A stretch of 64,000 bases of DNA from a virus (lineage: Duplodnaviria; Caudoviricetes). This document shows positions 8,652 through 17,115 of the stretch, piece by piece. The notes beneath the pieces were generated by a model. It made no database searches. It saw only the letters and a program-made list of their open reading frames with translations, and was not told where the DNA came from. Position numbers and translations under genes: made by a program. Position 1 is the stretch's first letter. Every line of letters begins with the position of its first letter. The stretch covers positions 61,108-125,107 of IMG/VR virus record IMGVR_UViG_3300021958_000028. The stretch is one strand, 5' to 3'.

Positions 8652-8680
8652 TAGACACTACCCTTTTATTCTGTTATAAT
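8652..8680 (+). promoter_or_regulatory. Sigma70-type promoter of gp32
   Basis: TAGACA-17-TATAAT, preceded by GACAGT-N6-ACTGAC. Confidence 0.65.
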
Positions 8681-8755
8681 AAAGGGGTGGGTTTCTCGGA
8701 CAACCGAGAGACACACACTATACATACACACATTTCTAATACGGAAAATACGAAC

Positions 8756-9691
8756 ATGAACTTCAGCAATCTTAAAAAGAACTCCTCTCTGGGGAACCTA
8801 ACACAAAAACTTATCCAACAAGTCGAAAAGGATAACAAGGGTTCAGGTGGAGGACCAGACGAAAGACTCTGGAAACCTGTAATGGATAAGTCCGGTAATG
8901 GTTATGCCGTTATTCGTTTCCTGCCTGCTCCCAATGGAGAAGATCTTCCTTGGGTAAAAACATTCTCCCATGCTTTCCAGGGCCCTGGTGGATGGTACAT
9001 TGAAAATTCTCTGACCACTATTGGTCAACAGGATCCTATCGGTGAACTAAACCGTGAACTGTGGAACACTGGTAATGAGAGTGATAAAGATACTGTTCGT
9101 AAGCAAAAGCGTAAACTGTCTTACTATGCAAACATCTATGTCGTAAAAGATCCTGCCAATCCTCAAAACGAGGGTGGAGTATTCCTTTACAAGTTTGGTA
9201 AGAAGATCTTTGACAAGATCATGGATGCAATGCAACCTGAGTATGAGGATGAGACTCCTATCAATCCCTTTGACTTCTGGCAAGGTGCCAACTTCAAACT
9301 GAAACTGGCAAAAGTTGCTGGTTATTGGAACTATGATAAGTCTGAGTTCGCTGCAACATCTGCTCTTCTGGATGATGATGATGCCTTGGAAGCAATCTGG
9401 AATAAGGAGTATTCTCTCCAAGAACTGGTTGCTCCCGATAAGTTCAAGTCTTATGATGAACTGAAGAAGCGTCTTGATTATGTTCTTGGTAACAAGAAAG
9501 CAAAGGCCGTTGAAGCAGAAGAGACTGAGTATGATAGTTATTCTTCTACTGAACAAAGTCGTGTCAGTGAAGAAGATGCTTTGAAGAAACTGGAACAACA
9601 AATCATCCAGTCCAACTCTGCACCTCAGACTTCAACTAATGATGATGAGGATGATGCCATGTCATATTTCTCAAAATTGGCTGATATGTGA
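8756..9691 (+). CDS. gp32: Single-stranded DNA-binding protein gp32
   Basis: DERLWKP..DKSGNGYAVIRFLP, WYIENS, GANFKLK, acidic tail ending YFSKLA; start moved to ATG 8756. Confidence 0.95.
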   Translation: MNFSNLKKNSSLGNLTQKLIQQVEKDNKGSGGGPDERLWKPVMDKSGNGYAVIRFLPAPNGEDLPWVKTFSHAFQGPGGWYIENSLTTIGQQDPIGELNRELWNTGNESDKDTVRKQKRKLSYYANIYVVKDPANPQNEGGVFLYKFGKKIFDKIMDAMQPEYEDETPINPFDFWQGANFKLKLAKVAGYWNYDKSEFAATSALLDDDDALEAIWNKEYSLQELVAPDKFKSYDELKKRLDYVLGNKKAKAVEAEETEYDSYSSTEQSRVSEEDALKKLEQQIIQSNSAPQTSTNDDEDDAMSYFSKLADM

Positions 9692-9714
9692 TACCAAAAT
9701 CGGCAATTAAATCC

Positions 9715-9768
9715 AAAAAAGGGCCTTTAATTTTTCCCAGGAAAAATTGGGCCCTTTACTTTTTTTTA
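9715..9768. terminator. Bidirectional terminator between convergent gp32 and gp53
   Basis: A run, AAAGGGCC..AATTTTTCC/GGAAAAATT..GGCCCTTT stem, T run. Confidence 0.7.
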
Positions 9769-10437
9769 TTGGAACAATCTAATGTTCTCTCCCCTTACCA
9801 GTCTCTTATTAACGTATTGACTACTACCTTTTTTGTAAATCATTGACCCCCTAAGGTCATTTTCAATAATATTGACATATTCCTCTTTTAGAAGAAAAAT
9901 GTTTCTCTTTTCATCGTCTCTTTTTACTTCATAATCATGATTTGTAAATTCTTGAGTAATACCAGTCTTTGTCAATTCAGTTCCTAACTTGGTATCATAA
10001 TAGGTAATACTGAAGTCTTTATCAACTTCAAGACCTTTTGGAACTACAACAAACCCAGATTGGTCTTTTACTTCAATAGTCTCATAATGATGAATTGCGA
10101 AGAGATTTTGTTGTGTGACGTATTTTGTATCTAAGTAGTTTTCAAATGACTTTTGAGATAGTGGCCATTCGTCTTGAAAGTGAATTACATTGTTACAAAG
10201 AAGAACTAACCAATCATAGTATTGAGAACCATAATATTTGTATGCAACATTATCTGGTCTATCATCACCAACTATAGAGTATTTCGTAAAATATGATAAA
10301 TCTGTAAATATGTCTTCGCGAAGAACACCTCTCTTGAAGAGGTTTTTGGTTTGAATATATGCAGATATAGTCTTATTATCTCTGAGCCTATTGACATACT
10401 CAAAGTTAGGAACATATCTAAAGTATGGTGTTGACAT
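9766..10437 (-). CDS. gp53: Baseplate wedge protein gp53
   Basis: YF..PNFEY, RPDNVA.KYYG...WLVLL.N, IHHYET. Confidence 0.88.
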   Translation of the reverse strand: MSTPYFRYVPNFEYVNRLRDNKTISAYIQTKNLFKRGVLREDIFTDLSYFTKYSIVGDDRPDNVAYKYYGSQYYDWLVLLCNNVIHFQDEWPLSQKSFENYLDTKYVTQQNLFAIHHYETIEVKDQSGFVVVPKGLEVDKDFSITYYDTKLGTELTKTGITQEFTNHDYEVKRDDEKRNIFLLKEEYVNIIENDLRGSMIYKKGSSQYVNKRLVRGENIRLFQ

Positions 10438-10439
10438 TT

Positions 10440-11954
10440 TTAGTAACCTGTTGGGTGGTTGTCATTCTTATAATCAATATCGTAAATTGGTTCAAGTTCA
10501 CTGAAATTTAGAGTAAGTGTAGTTTGAACCATAGAACCACCACCAGCATATGTCATATATGTACCATTTGGTGTATAATTCACACTAACGTTAGTAAGAG
10601 CACAAGGTTTAATTTTATTTAAGTATGGATGAGTGTTACCGTCGGCGGTATCACTACCATCTCCATTATATATGTACTCTAACTGAAATATTTTTGGTGT
10701 TCTGAGGAAGATATTTCCAGTTTTTTCAATAACTGGGGCAGAGAACTTTTTGAATGTTTTAATAATTTCTCTAACCTGTTCTGCCTCTTTTTCAAATCTT
10801 GGTGCAAAATTAAATTGGAACGCAAATGATCTTAATTTTGGACCACTAAAGAGAAGTTCCATATTTGGGTTGATTGTGAGACCACTTTGTCTTGTGGCAA
10901 AAGATGTGTTTCCAATAACATATCCTGCAAGAAGTGCTGCAACACCATCTTTCTCTTTTTTTGCCTCATTAAGAAATCCTTTGGCACTGTTAAGAGTATC
11001 TCCTAGAATTTCTGTTGCTTTGCCCAATTTATCATCAAAATTAGCTTCAGAAACACCCTTCAGTAAATCACCAACACTAGCTGCCATTGCTAACTCAATT
11101 GCATTTGCATTACTTTCTCCCCAATTTATACCATTTTGTGTTCCTAAACCGTTGGTCATTGGAAGAATAATCGTTCCAAGACTTCCTTTTGTTTCTTTGT
11201 ATCTACCTACTGCAGCACTATTATTATTACCAGCACTCATAGAACTCACCCAGTCTTGGATGCTTATTTTAATGTAATCATAGGTAATACCAGTAATATC
11301 TTCGACAACTTCTAAGTTGACAAGAGGGTACTTTAAAACACCTACGCTTTCAAATTTAGGTTTTGATGTTGATTCGGTTTTTTTGGAGATATCTTTTGAA
11401 TCTTCTTCTATTACTGAAGTATTATCTGTAGATATTGGTTGATCGGCTACCGGTGAAGAGGATGGTGGTGCATCTTCTTGTCTTTCTGTTTGATCGTCTT
11501 CTACCGTGACTGGTGGTGTTACTGGTTCTGTAGTTACTTTACCGGTAGTAGGACTGACTGTCTGTCTAGTTTTTGGATCAGTAATACCCGGTGTCTTTTG
11601 ATCAAAAAATCTTTGACTTGCAACCACATAGTCTCTATTGCTAGGAAAATTTTCGGGATTCTTTAATACTGCAGCCCTATCATTATTAAAAACTTTATAA
11701 CCTTCTAAAAAGAATGCTTTCTGAACTTCTTTAACAGAACTCCGAGTATTATTTCTTCTATTATATACATCTGTAAAACTCTGAGGATTATTTAATTTCC
11801 AATCACTACCCTTTCCTTCACTTGATGCAATTAGTACATCTACACCAAAAAGTCCAGAACCAATTGCAAAAACTTCTATTTCTCCAGTTTCGGTATTTAC
11901 CTCTTGTTTAGTCTGAATCTTATTCCAGGTTCTATATTGGGGAATTATTGCCAT
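10440..11954 (-). CDS. gp48: Baseplate tail tube cap gp48
   Basis: NPNMELLFSGPKLRSF.F.F.F.PR...EA; next to gp53. Confidence 0.82.
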   Translation of the reverse strand: MAIIPQYRTWNKIQTKQEVNTETGEIEVFAIGSGLFGVDVLIASSEGKGSDWKLNNPQSFTDVYNRRNNTRSSVKEVQKAFFLEGYKVFNNDRAAVLKNPENFPSNRDYVVASQRFFDQKTPGITDPKTRQTVSPTTGKVTTEPVTPPVTVEDDQTERQEDAPPSSSPVADQPISTDNTSVIEEDSKDISKKTESTSKPKFESVGVLKYPLVNLEVVEDITGITYDYIKISIQDWVSSMSAGNNNSAAVGRYKETKGSLGTIILPMTNGLGTQNGINWGESNANAIELAMAASVGDLLKGVSEANFDDKLGKATEILGDTLNSAKGFLNEAKKEKDGVAALLAGYVIGNTSFATRQSGLTINPNMELLFSGPKLRSFAFQFNFAPRFEKEAEQVREIIKTFKKFSAPVIEKTGNIFLRTPKIFQLEYIYNGDGSDTADGNTHPYLNKIKPCALTNVSVNYTPNGTYMTYAGGGSMVQTTLTLNFSELEPIYDIDYKNDNHPTGY

Positions 11955-11973
11955 TAACTGTGGTTCATCCAGT

Positions 11974-12354
11974 TTAGTTATTTATCCTAAATTTTTGATA
12001 AGGTATAGACCTCATATCTTGTAATTCATTTGGATACACGACAAGTAGGTCATTATTTGCGACTTCTTGCCAGGTATAGTTTCTAAAATCTCCCCAATGG
12101 TAGTTAATACCTTTAAATCCCCACTTATAAACACCGACACATGCAATTAAAGGAAACTCATCATATTTAATTCTTGGTGTTTTTGGTTGATATATGAATG
12201 TGTAGTATTTACCAACTTCTGGAACCAAATCTTTGGTTGTCAATATTTGCATTATTTCCAAAAACATATCATCTGGACCACCAGAAGTTCTGATCTTATC
12301 GACGAGGTTTTCTACTCTTTGTGTGTCGCTTGCCAGATAATCTTCTTGTTCCAT
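11974..12354 (-). CDS. gp2: DNA end protector protein gp2-like
   Basis: YTFIY.PKT...YDEFPLI, GINYH; between gp4 and gp48. Confidence 0.7.
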   Translation of the reverse strand: MEQEDYLASDTQRVENLVDKIRTSGGPDDMFLEIMQILTTKDLVPEVGKYYTFIYQPKTPRIKYDEFPLIACVGVYKWGFKGINYHWGDFRNYTWQEVANNDLLVVYPNELQDMRSIPYQKFRINN

Positions 12355-12799
12355 TAGTTTTAATGCCCAACTCTATTTCCGTAATGATCTTAAATTCGCA
12401 ACCATTATCTAACGCAAATTCACGAGCCGCATTCCACTTTGCTTCATTGACAGCATAAGTGATACTCTCCATAATAAAAGATTTTGTCTCCCTTTGAGGT
12501 TTTGAAGGAGGTACACATTGTTTTGCAGGTTTCACCTCTACTATGTATTTTTTCGTCTTACCATCTCTGGTTTCTACTTCTACTAAACCATCAGGATAAT
12601 ATCTATGAACTCTATTATCCTTTGGTGAAACATAAGGAATACTAAACTCTTCTGATGCCCACTTTTTAACACTCTCTCTTCTATCACACCATCGAAAAAA
12701 TTCTAATTCCCAACTACTTCTGTAAATTATATTATTGATATCACCCATATACTTTTTAGGGTTTTGGGGATGAAATCTCCCTTGATGAAATTTACTCAT
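12296..12799 (-). CDS. gp4: Head completion protein gp4 (TnsA-like nuclease fold)
   Basis: NP.KY.GD..NIIYRSSWE, HRYYPD, EVKP, VNEAKW.AA. Confidence 0.92.
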   Translation of the reverse strand: MSKFHQGRFHPQNPKKYMGDINNIIYRSSWELEFFRWCDRRESVKKWASEEFSIPYVSPKDNRVHRYYPDGLVEVETRDGKTKKYIVEVKPAKQCVPPSKPQRETKSFIMESITYAVNEAKWNAAREFALDNGCEFKIITEIELGIKTNGTRRLSGKRHTKSRKPRR

Positions 12800-12803
12800 C
12801 CCT

Positions 12804-12837
12804 TATACATAGTATATAATAGTCAAGTGTATTTATA
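12804..12837. promoter_or_regulatory. Face-to-face late promoters for the divergent gp4 and tail-tube-like genes
   Basis: TATAAATA on the minus strand (12830-12837) and TATACATA on the plus strand (12804-12811). Confidence 0.6.
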
Positions 12838-12838
12838 G

Positions 12839-13594
12839 ATGGCTGGTGCATTACCTAATGGTATAAGAACGTCAGACCTAAAGAGTAGGATAATGCATCT
12901 TGCTCAAACTTCTGTATATCAAATTAAGATGAGTCCTACACCAGAGGTGATAGCACTCATGAACACAAGAGGTTTTAATTTTAATTTAGACTCACCGAAT
13001 ATTGAACTCCTATGTAATTCTGTAAGTCTTCCAGGTACAAGTCTTCAAACGGCAGAAGTAACTAATAATTATGCTGGTGTAACAGAAAAGATGGCAAATC
13101 GTCGTTCTTTTGATACCACCATGACGATGACATTTTATGTTGATAGAAACTATAAAGTGATTGATTTCTTTGAAAGTTGGATGGACTGGATTTCTAATCA
13201 AACAGACACCAGTGCATATAAGAATGTTACCGCATCTTATAGAATGAATTATCCAGCCACATATAGAGGACAGGTATTTATTAGTAAGTTTGAAAAAGAA
13301 GGTTATGGGACTGCAAATAGTTATACCTTAGTTGGTGCATATCCTATATCAATTAACTCCACACCTCTTTCATATTCTGCCAGTCAAATTATGGAATATA
13401 CCGTGAACTTCACATTCTTGAGATACACTAGAGATAAACTAAGGTGGAGGCAGAGTTCAAATTCATTATTGAACAATGCTAGTAGAGTAACCTCAGAAGT
13501 TCTTGCGGCATTTAATAGTAATACAAATCTTACCGGATTTTTGAGAGATGATGTGGGGGATGAAGGGAATACAAGACCTGGAACTGCCAACTAA
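12839..13594 (+). CDS. Tail tube-like / baseplate tail tube initiator (gp54/gp19 family)
   Basis: LLC..VSLPG, TFYVD.NY....FFE.W, AYP.SI...PLSY; divergent from gp4. Confidence 0.75.
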   Translation: MAGALPNGIRTSDLKSRIMHLAQTSVYQIKMSPTPEVIALMNTRGFNFNLDSPNIELLCNSVSLPGTSLQTAEVTNNYAGVTEKMANRRSFDTTMTMTFYVDRNYKVIDFFESWMDWISNQTDTSAYKNVTASYRMNYPATYRGQVFISKFEKEGYGTANSYTLVGAYPISINSTPLSYSASQIMEYTVNFTFLRYTRDKLRWRQSSNSLLNNASRVTSEVLAAFNSNTNLTGFLRDDVGDEGNTRPGTAN

Positions 13595-13626
13595 ATACTA
13601 ATAACTGATTTCTTTATTAAGTCATT

Positions 13627-14346
13627 ATGCCTTTACCAAAAATTGCAACTCCAACTTATGAGTTGACTTTACCCTCTACTAAAAAGAAAATTAAATATAG
13701 ACCATTTCTTGTTAAAGAAGAGAAACTTCTGGTTCTTGCTCTTGAAAGTGATGACACAAAACAAATCACTAATGCAATCAGGGCAGTTCTAAAGAGTTGT
13801 ATTGAAACCAGAGGTGTGAAGGTAGAAACCCTTCCTACATTTGATATTGAATATCTTTTCTTAAATATTAGAGGTAAGTCTGTTGGTGAAGAAGTTGAAG
13901 TAAATATTCTTGCTCCTGACGATGGTGTGACTGAAATTCCTATTACTATCTTATTGGACGAAATTGAAGTAAAGGAAGGTGAGGGTCATGACAAGAAAAT
14001 TAAACTTGATGATAGTTTAATGATGGAAATGAAATATCCGTCACTAGATGAATTTATTAAAAATAATTTTGATGTTAAGGGTGAGGTTGACGTTAATAAA
14101 TCATTTGAATTGATTGCAGGTTGTATTGATAAAATCTTTAGTGAAGAAGAAGTTTGGTCTACTGCAGATTGTTCAAAAAAGGAAGTTATTGACTTTTTGG
14201 AACAAATGAATTCTGTTCAATTTAAACAAATTGAAAAGTTTTTTGAGACTATGCCAAAACTTTCTTATGAAGTTGAGGTTACTAATCCCAAGACTGATGT
14301 AAAAAGTACTGTCGTCTTGGAGGGCTTATCCAGTTTTTTCGCATAG
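13627..14346 (+). CDS. gp26: Baseplate hub subunit (annotated gp26 in cyanophages); possible tail assembly chaperone
   Basis: MPLPKI.TPTYEL.LPST, YRPFLVKEEK, FDIEYLFLNIRGKSVGE; ends GLSSFFA. Confidence 0.85.
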   Translation: MPLPKIATPTYELTLPSTKKKIKYRPFLVKEEKLLVLALESDDTKQITNAIRAVLKSCIETRGVKVETLPTFDIEYLFLNIRGKSVGEEVEVNILAPDDGVTEIPITILLDEIEVKEGEGHDKKIKLDDSLMMEMKYPSLDEFIKNNFDVKGEVDVNKSFELIAGCIDKIFSEEEVWSTADCSKKEVIDFLEQMNSVQFKQIEKFFETMPKLSYEVEVTNPKTDVKSTVVLEGLSSFFA

Positions 14347-14348
14347 GT

Positions 14349-14528
14349 ATGATCCACATGGATCTTGAGAACTACTTCAGGTTAAATTTTGCCCTGATGC
14401 AGTATCATAAATATTCATTAACGGAGATTGAAAACATGATGCCGTGGGAGAGAGACATTTACGTAGCCCTCTTACAGCAACACTTAGAGGAAGAAGAAGA
14501 AAAAGCAAAGGCACAACAAAATGGCTAG
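14349..14528 (+). CDS. gp51: Baseplate hub assembly catalyst gp51-like small ORF (59 aa), in the -1 frame of the upstream gene
   Basis: MIHMDLENYFRLNFALMQYHKYSLTEIENMMPWERDIYVALL...; missing from the ORF track. Confidence 0.8.
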   Translation: MIHMDLENYFRLNFALMQYHKYSLTEIENMMPWERDIYVALLQQHLEEEEEKAKAQQNG

Positions 14529-17112
14529 AGATCCTCAAAAACTAAGAAAAGCTTATGAATATAAGTTAGGGAAGGATCTTGCCGATAAGTTAAGTGATGC
14601 TCATATTGCATCACTATCAAATTACTATAATCGTGCTTCAAACGAAGAACAGAGTAAGATTGATAGTGAACTTATAAAGGGAATGGGAGACTTTCTGAAT
14701 AGTGCCAGAGACCTGGCGAAGGAAGGTTTTGTTCGTGACCCAAAACTTCCTATTCAGAAGTATCAACCAGAGGATTTGAGTGAAGTTAAGGCAAAGGAAG
14801 ATGCCTTTCAGAAGTATCAACCAGAAGATAAAGCCAAAGACGATTTTGTAGAGAGTGTAGATAAGAAACTGGATGAAAAGCTGAGTGAGACTTCTGACTC
14901 TATTATGAGTGAGATTGATAAACTCATTGCAGAGTATCAGAAAAAGGTAGATGATTATAAAAAACCAAAAGAGGAAGAGGAAAAAGTTCCTGAGGGTCTT
15001 GATTCTCTTCTAAAAGATATTAGAAGTGAAGTTGGTGGTGACACTCCTAAGAAGGGCGGTGCTCTTGCAGTTATACCTAAACCAGACAACGCTAAAGAAA
15101 AGAAACTTTTAGGTGATGAAGATATTAATCCAGAAATACTTAAAATTCTTGGTATTGATGACGTTATAGACCTAGATTATGGTGAGTATCATACTCTCTT
15201 AAGAGAGTCTATGGTAAAAAATAAGGATAAATTTTCAGCCGAGCAACAGGCTCTATTTGCCGAGGAGAGGAGTAGGGTTCGTGGAAAAACAGGTTCATTT
15301 AAAGTTAAGTCTAAAAAAATTAATGCACAATCTTTTGTAGCAAAAACAAAACCAAGTTCTTATGTTAAAAAAGTAACACCATTATTACCATCAGTAACAC
15401 CACAAGAAACTGAACAACCTATTCAACCCGAGAGACAGGGGATGGATAAAACTCTTGCATTGATTGCAAGTAAGTTGAATAGTGTTGATAAGAATGTTCA
15501 ACAAACTACTAGGAATCTTCAGGATAAAGATGCTGCTGAAAATAAACAGAAAAACCAGGATAGACTTACTGCAGAAAATACAGCTGCTCAAAGAAAGGAA
15601 GAGAGAATAGAGAGAGCGGCGGTTCTGGGTGGGGTAGTTGCAGGTGTGAAGAAAACTGTTAAACCATTAACTGATATGATGGGTGGTTTATTTGATTTCT
15701 TCAAGAGACTTGGATTTGCTATGTTTATTATGGAATTGTTGAAATTCCTTCAAGATCCTGCAAAATATATTAATGGTATTACCAAATGGATAAATCTACA
15801 GATTGCCAAATTGGAAATGAAGATAGAAAATTTTGTTGTTGATCAGATTATCAAACCTACGAATGATATGATAAGAGGTCTTAACACAAAACTAAAAGAG
15901 TTTGTGGATGGTATTAATCCGTTCATAGAAGAGTTCAAAAAACTTCCTGGTATGGGAAATATTCCTAATTTACCAACACCACAAATACCAATAATTGAAG
16001 AATCCATTATCAGAGATAAAGTATTCTTAGGAAGACTTCCAGAGGTAGATGATGATTTTATGAAATTTGATAAGGCACCACCTGCACCAGAACTTCCTGC
16101 ACCAGGTACAACACAACCTGGAGGTGGGACTAGGGTGCAACCTCAAGAGACTTTAATGGGACAACAACCTTCTCAATCAGGAAATGGTTTAACCCCACAA
16201 CAACCTTCTCAATCAGGAAATGGTTTAACCCCACAACAAAAAGCCTTTGCTGAGACTGTTAGTTATGCAGAAGGAACATCTGGTAGTGCTGGTTATAACA
16301 CCTGGTTTGGCGGTCGCACTGATTTGGATCTAAGTAAACTGACGATCAATCAGGTTGTAGAGGAACAGAAGAAACGTATGAGGGAGAAAGATCCATCAGC
16401 ACAATTTATAAATGGTGCAGGTCAACCTGATGCCAGTTATGCTGTTGGTAAATATCAGATGACACATCCAGAAACTTATGCCAAAGCCGCAGGCCTTAAT
16501 CCGGCAGTAGATAAATTTACCCCAGAAAATCAGGATAAACTATTCTTATATGGTTACATAATGAAACAAGCCGGTGTGACAGAGGCTGAAATCAATGCTC
16601 CTGAAATGTCGGACCAGACTATTGACAAATTGGCACCAGTGTTTGCATCTTTCCCTAATCTTTTTGGTCCTGATTATAAAGGAAGAGATATTCAAGGAAC
16701 CAGTTATTATGGTCAGGGGGGTAAATCAAAAGAACAAATAAAGGAAGTATATAAAAAACAACGAGAAAAAATGCCGACCCAAACTACTGAACCGGCACCC
16801 CCACCAACTTCGGCATTACCAATAACTGTACCCCTAGAAGATGTGAATAGAAGGTTGGAAAAAGATCCAGACCAATTCCTTAAAGATCTAGATGCTGGAA
16901 AATTGACCCGTCCTAATCCTTATGCAATAAACCCACCAGTTCAAAAAGCTTCTTTGACTACAATTGGAGGTTTGACCGGTGGTGATGCTCCAGGTGTTGC
17001 TCTTGCAGCTGCAGGTGGTTCACAAAGTCAAGTGTTTCCATTTTCTGCAACCAATGGTGCAGATCTAAGTGTACTTTCTACAAAAGAAACTTTACGTGTG
17101 GTGGGGACATAA
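14521..17112 (+). CDS. Tape-measure/baseplate hub-like protein with C-terminal lysozyme (lambda R-like) domain
   Basis: Helical N-terminus; AEGT...YNTWFGG...AVGKYQ...F.PENQD muramidase motifs. Confidence 0.7.
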   Translation: MARDPQKLRKAYEYKLGKDLADKLSDAHIASLSNYYNRASNEEQSKIDSELIKGMGDFLNSARDLAKEGFVRDPKLPIQKYQPEDLSEVKAKEDAFQKYQPEDKAKDDFVESVDKKLDEKLSETSDSIMSEIDKLIAEYQKKVDDYKKPKEEEEKVPEGLDSLLKDIRSEVGGDTPKKGGALAVIPKPDNAKEKKLLGDEDINPEILKILGIDDVIDLDYGEYHTLLRESMVKNKDKFSAEQQALFAEERSRVRGKTGSFKVKSKKINAQSFVAKTKPSSYVKKVTPLLPSVTPQETEQPIQPERQGMDKTLALIASKLNSVDKNVQQTTRNLQDKDAAENKQKNQDRLTAENTAAQRKEERIERAAVLGGVVAGVKKTVKPLTDMMGGLFDFFKRLGFAMFIMELLKFLQDPAKYINGITKWINLQIAKLEMKIENFVVDQIIKPTNDMIRGLNTKLKEFVDGINPFIEEFKKLPGMGNIPNLPTPQIPIIEESIIRDKVFLGRLPEVDDDFMKFDKAPPAPELPAPGTTQPGGGTRVQPQETLMGQQPSQSGNGLTPQQPSQSGNGLTPQQKAFAETVSYAEGTSGSAGYNTWFGGRTDLDLSKLTINQVVEEQKKRMREKDPSAQFINGAGQPDASYAVGKYQMTHPETYAKAAGLNPAVDKFTPENQDKLFLYGYIMKQAGVTEAEINAPEMSDQTIDKLAPVFASFPNLFGPDYKGRDIQGTSYYGQGGKSKEQIKEVYKKQREKMPTQTTEPAPPPTSALPITVPLEDVNRRLEKDPDQFLKDLDAGKLTRPNPYAINPPVQKASLTTIGGLTGGDAPGVALAAAGGSQSQVFPFSATNGADLSVLSTKETLRVVGT
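16161..16239 (+). repeat. Exact 36 bp tandem duplication (QQPSQSGNGLTP x2)
   Basis: Units 16161-16196 and 16197-16232 are identical. Confidence 0.9.
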
Positions 17113-17115
17113 TAT

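Noticed and set aside
7957-8686. Group I intron containing the HNH gene
   Set aside because: Both flanking genes are intact and I could not find group I core elements; treated as a free-standing endonuclease
9047-9601. 184 aa minus-strand ORF and similar antisense or alternate-frame ORFs (e.g. 10750-11277, 55029-55598, ORFs inside the collagen gene)
   Set aside because: Shadows of well-supported genes with no motifs; explained by codon bias and repeats
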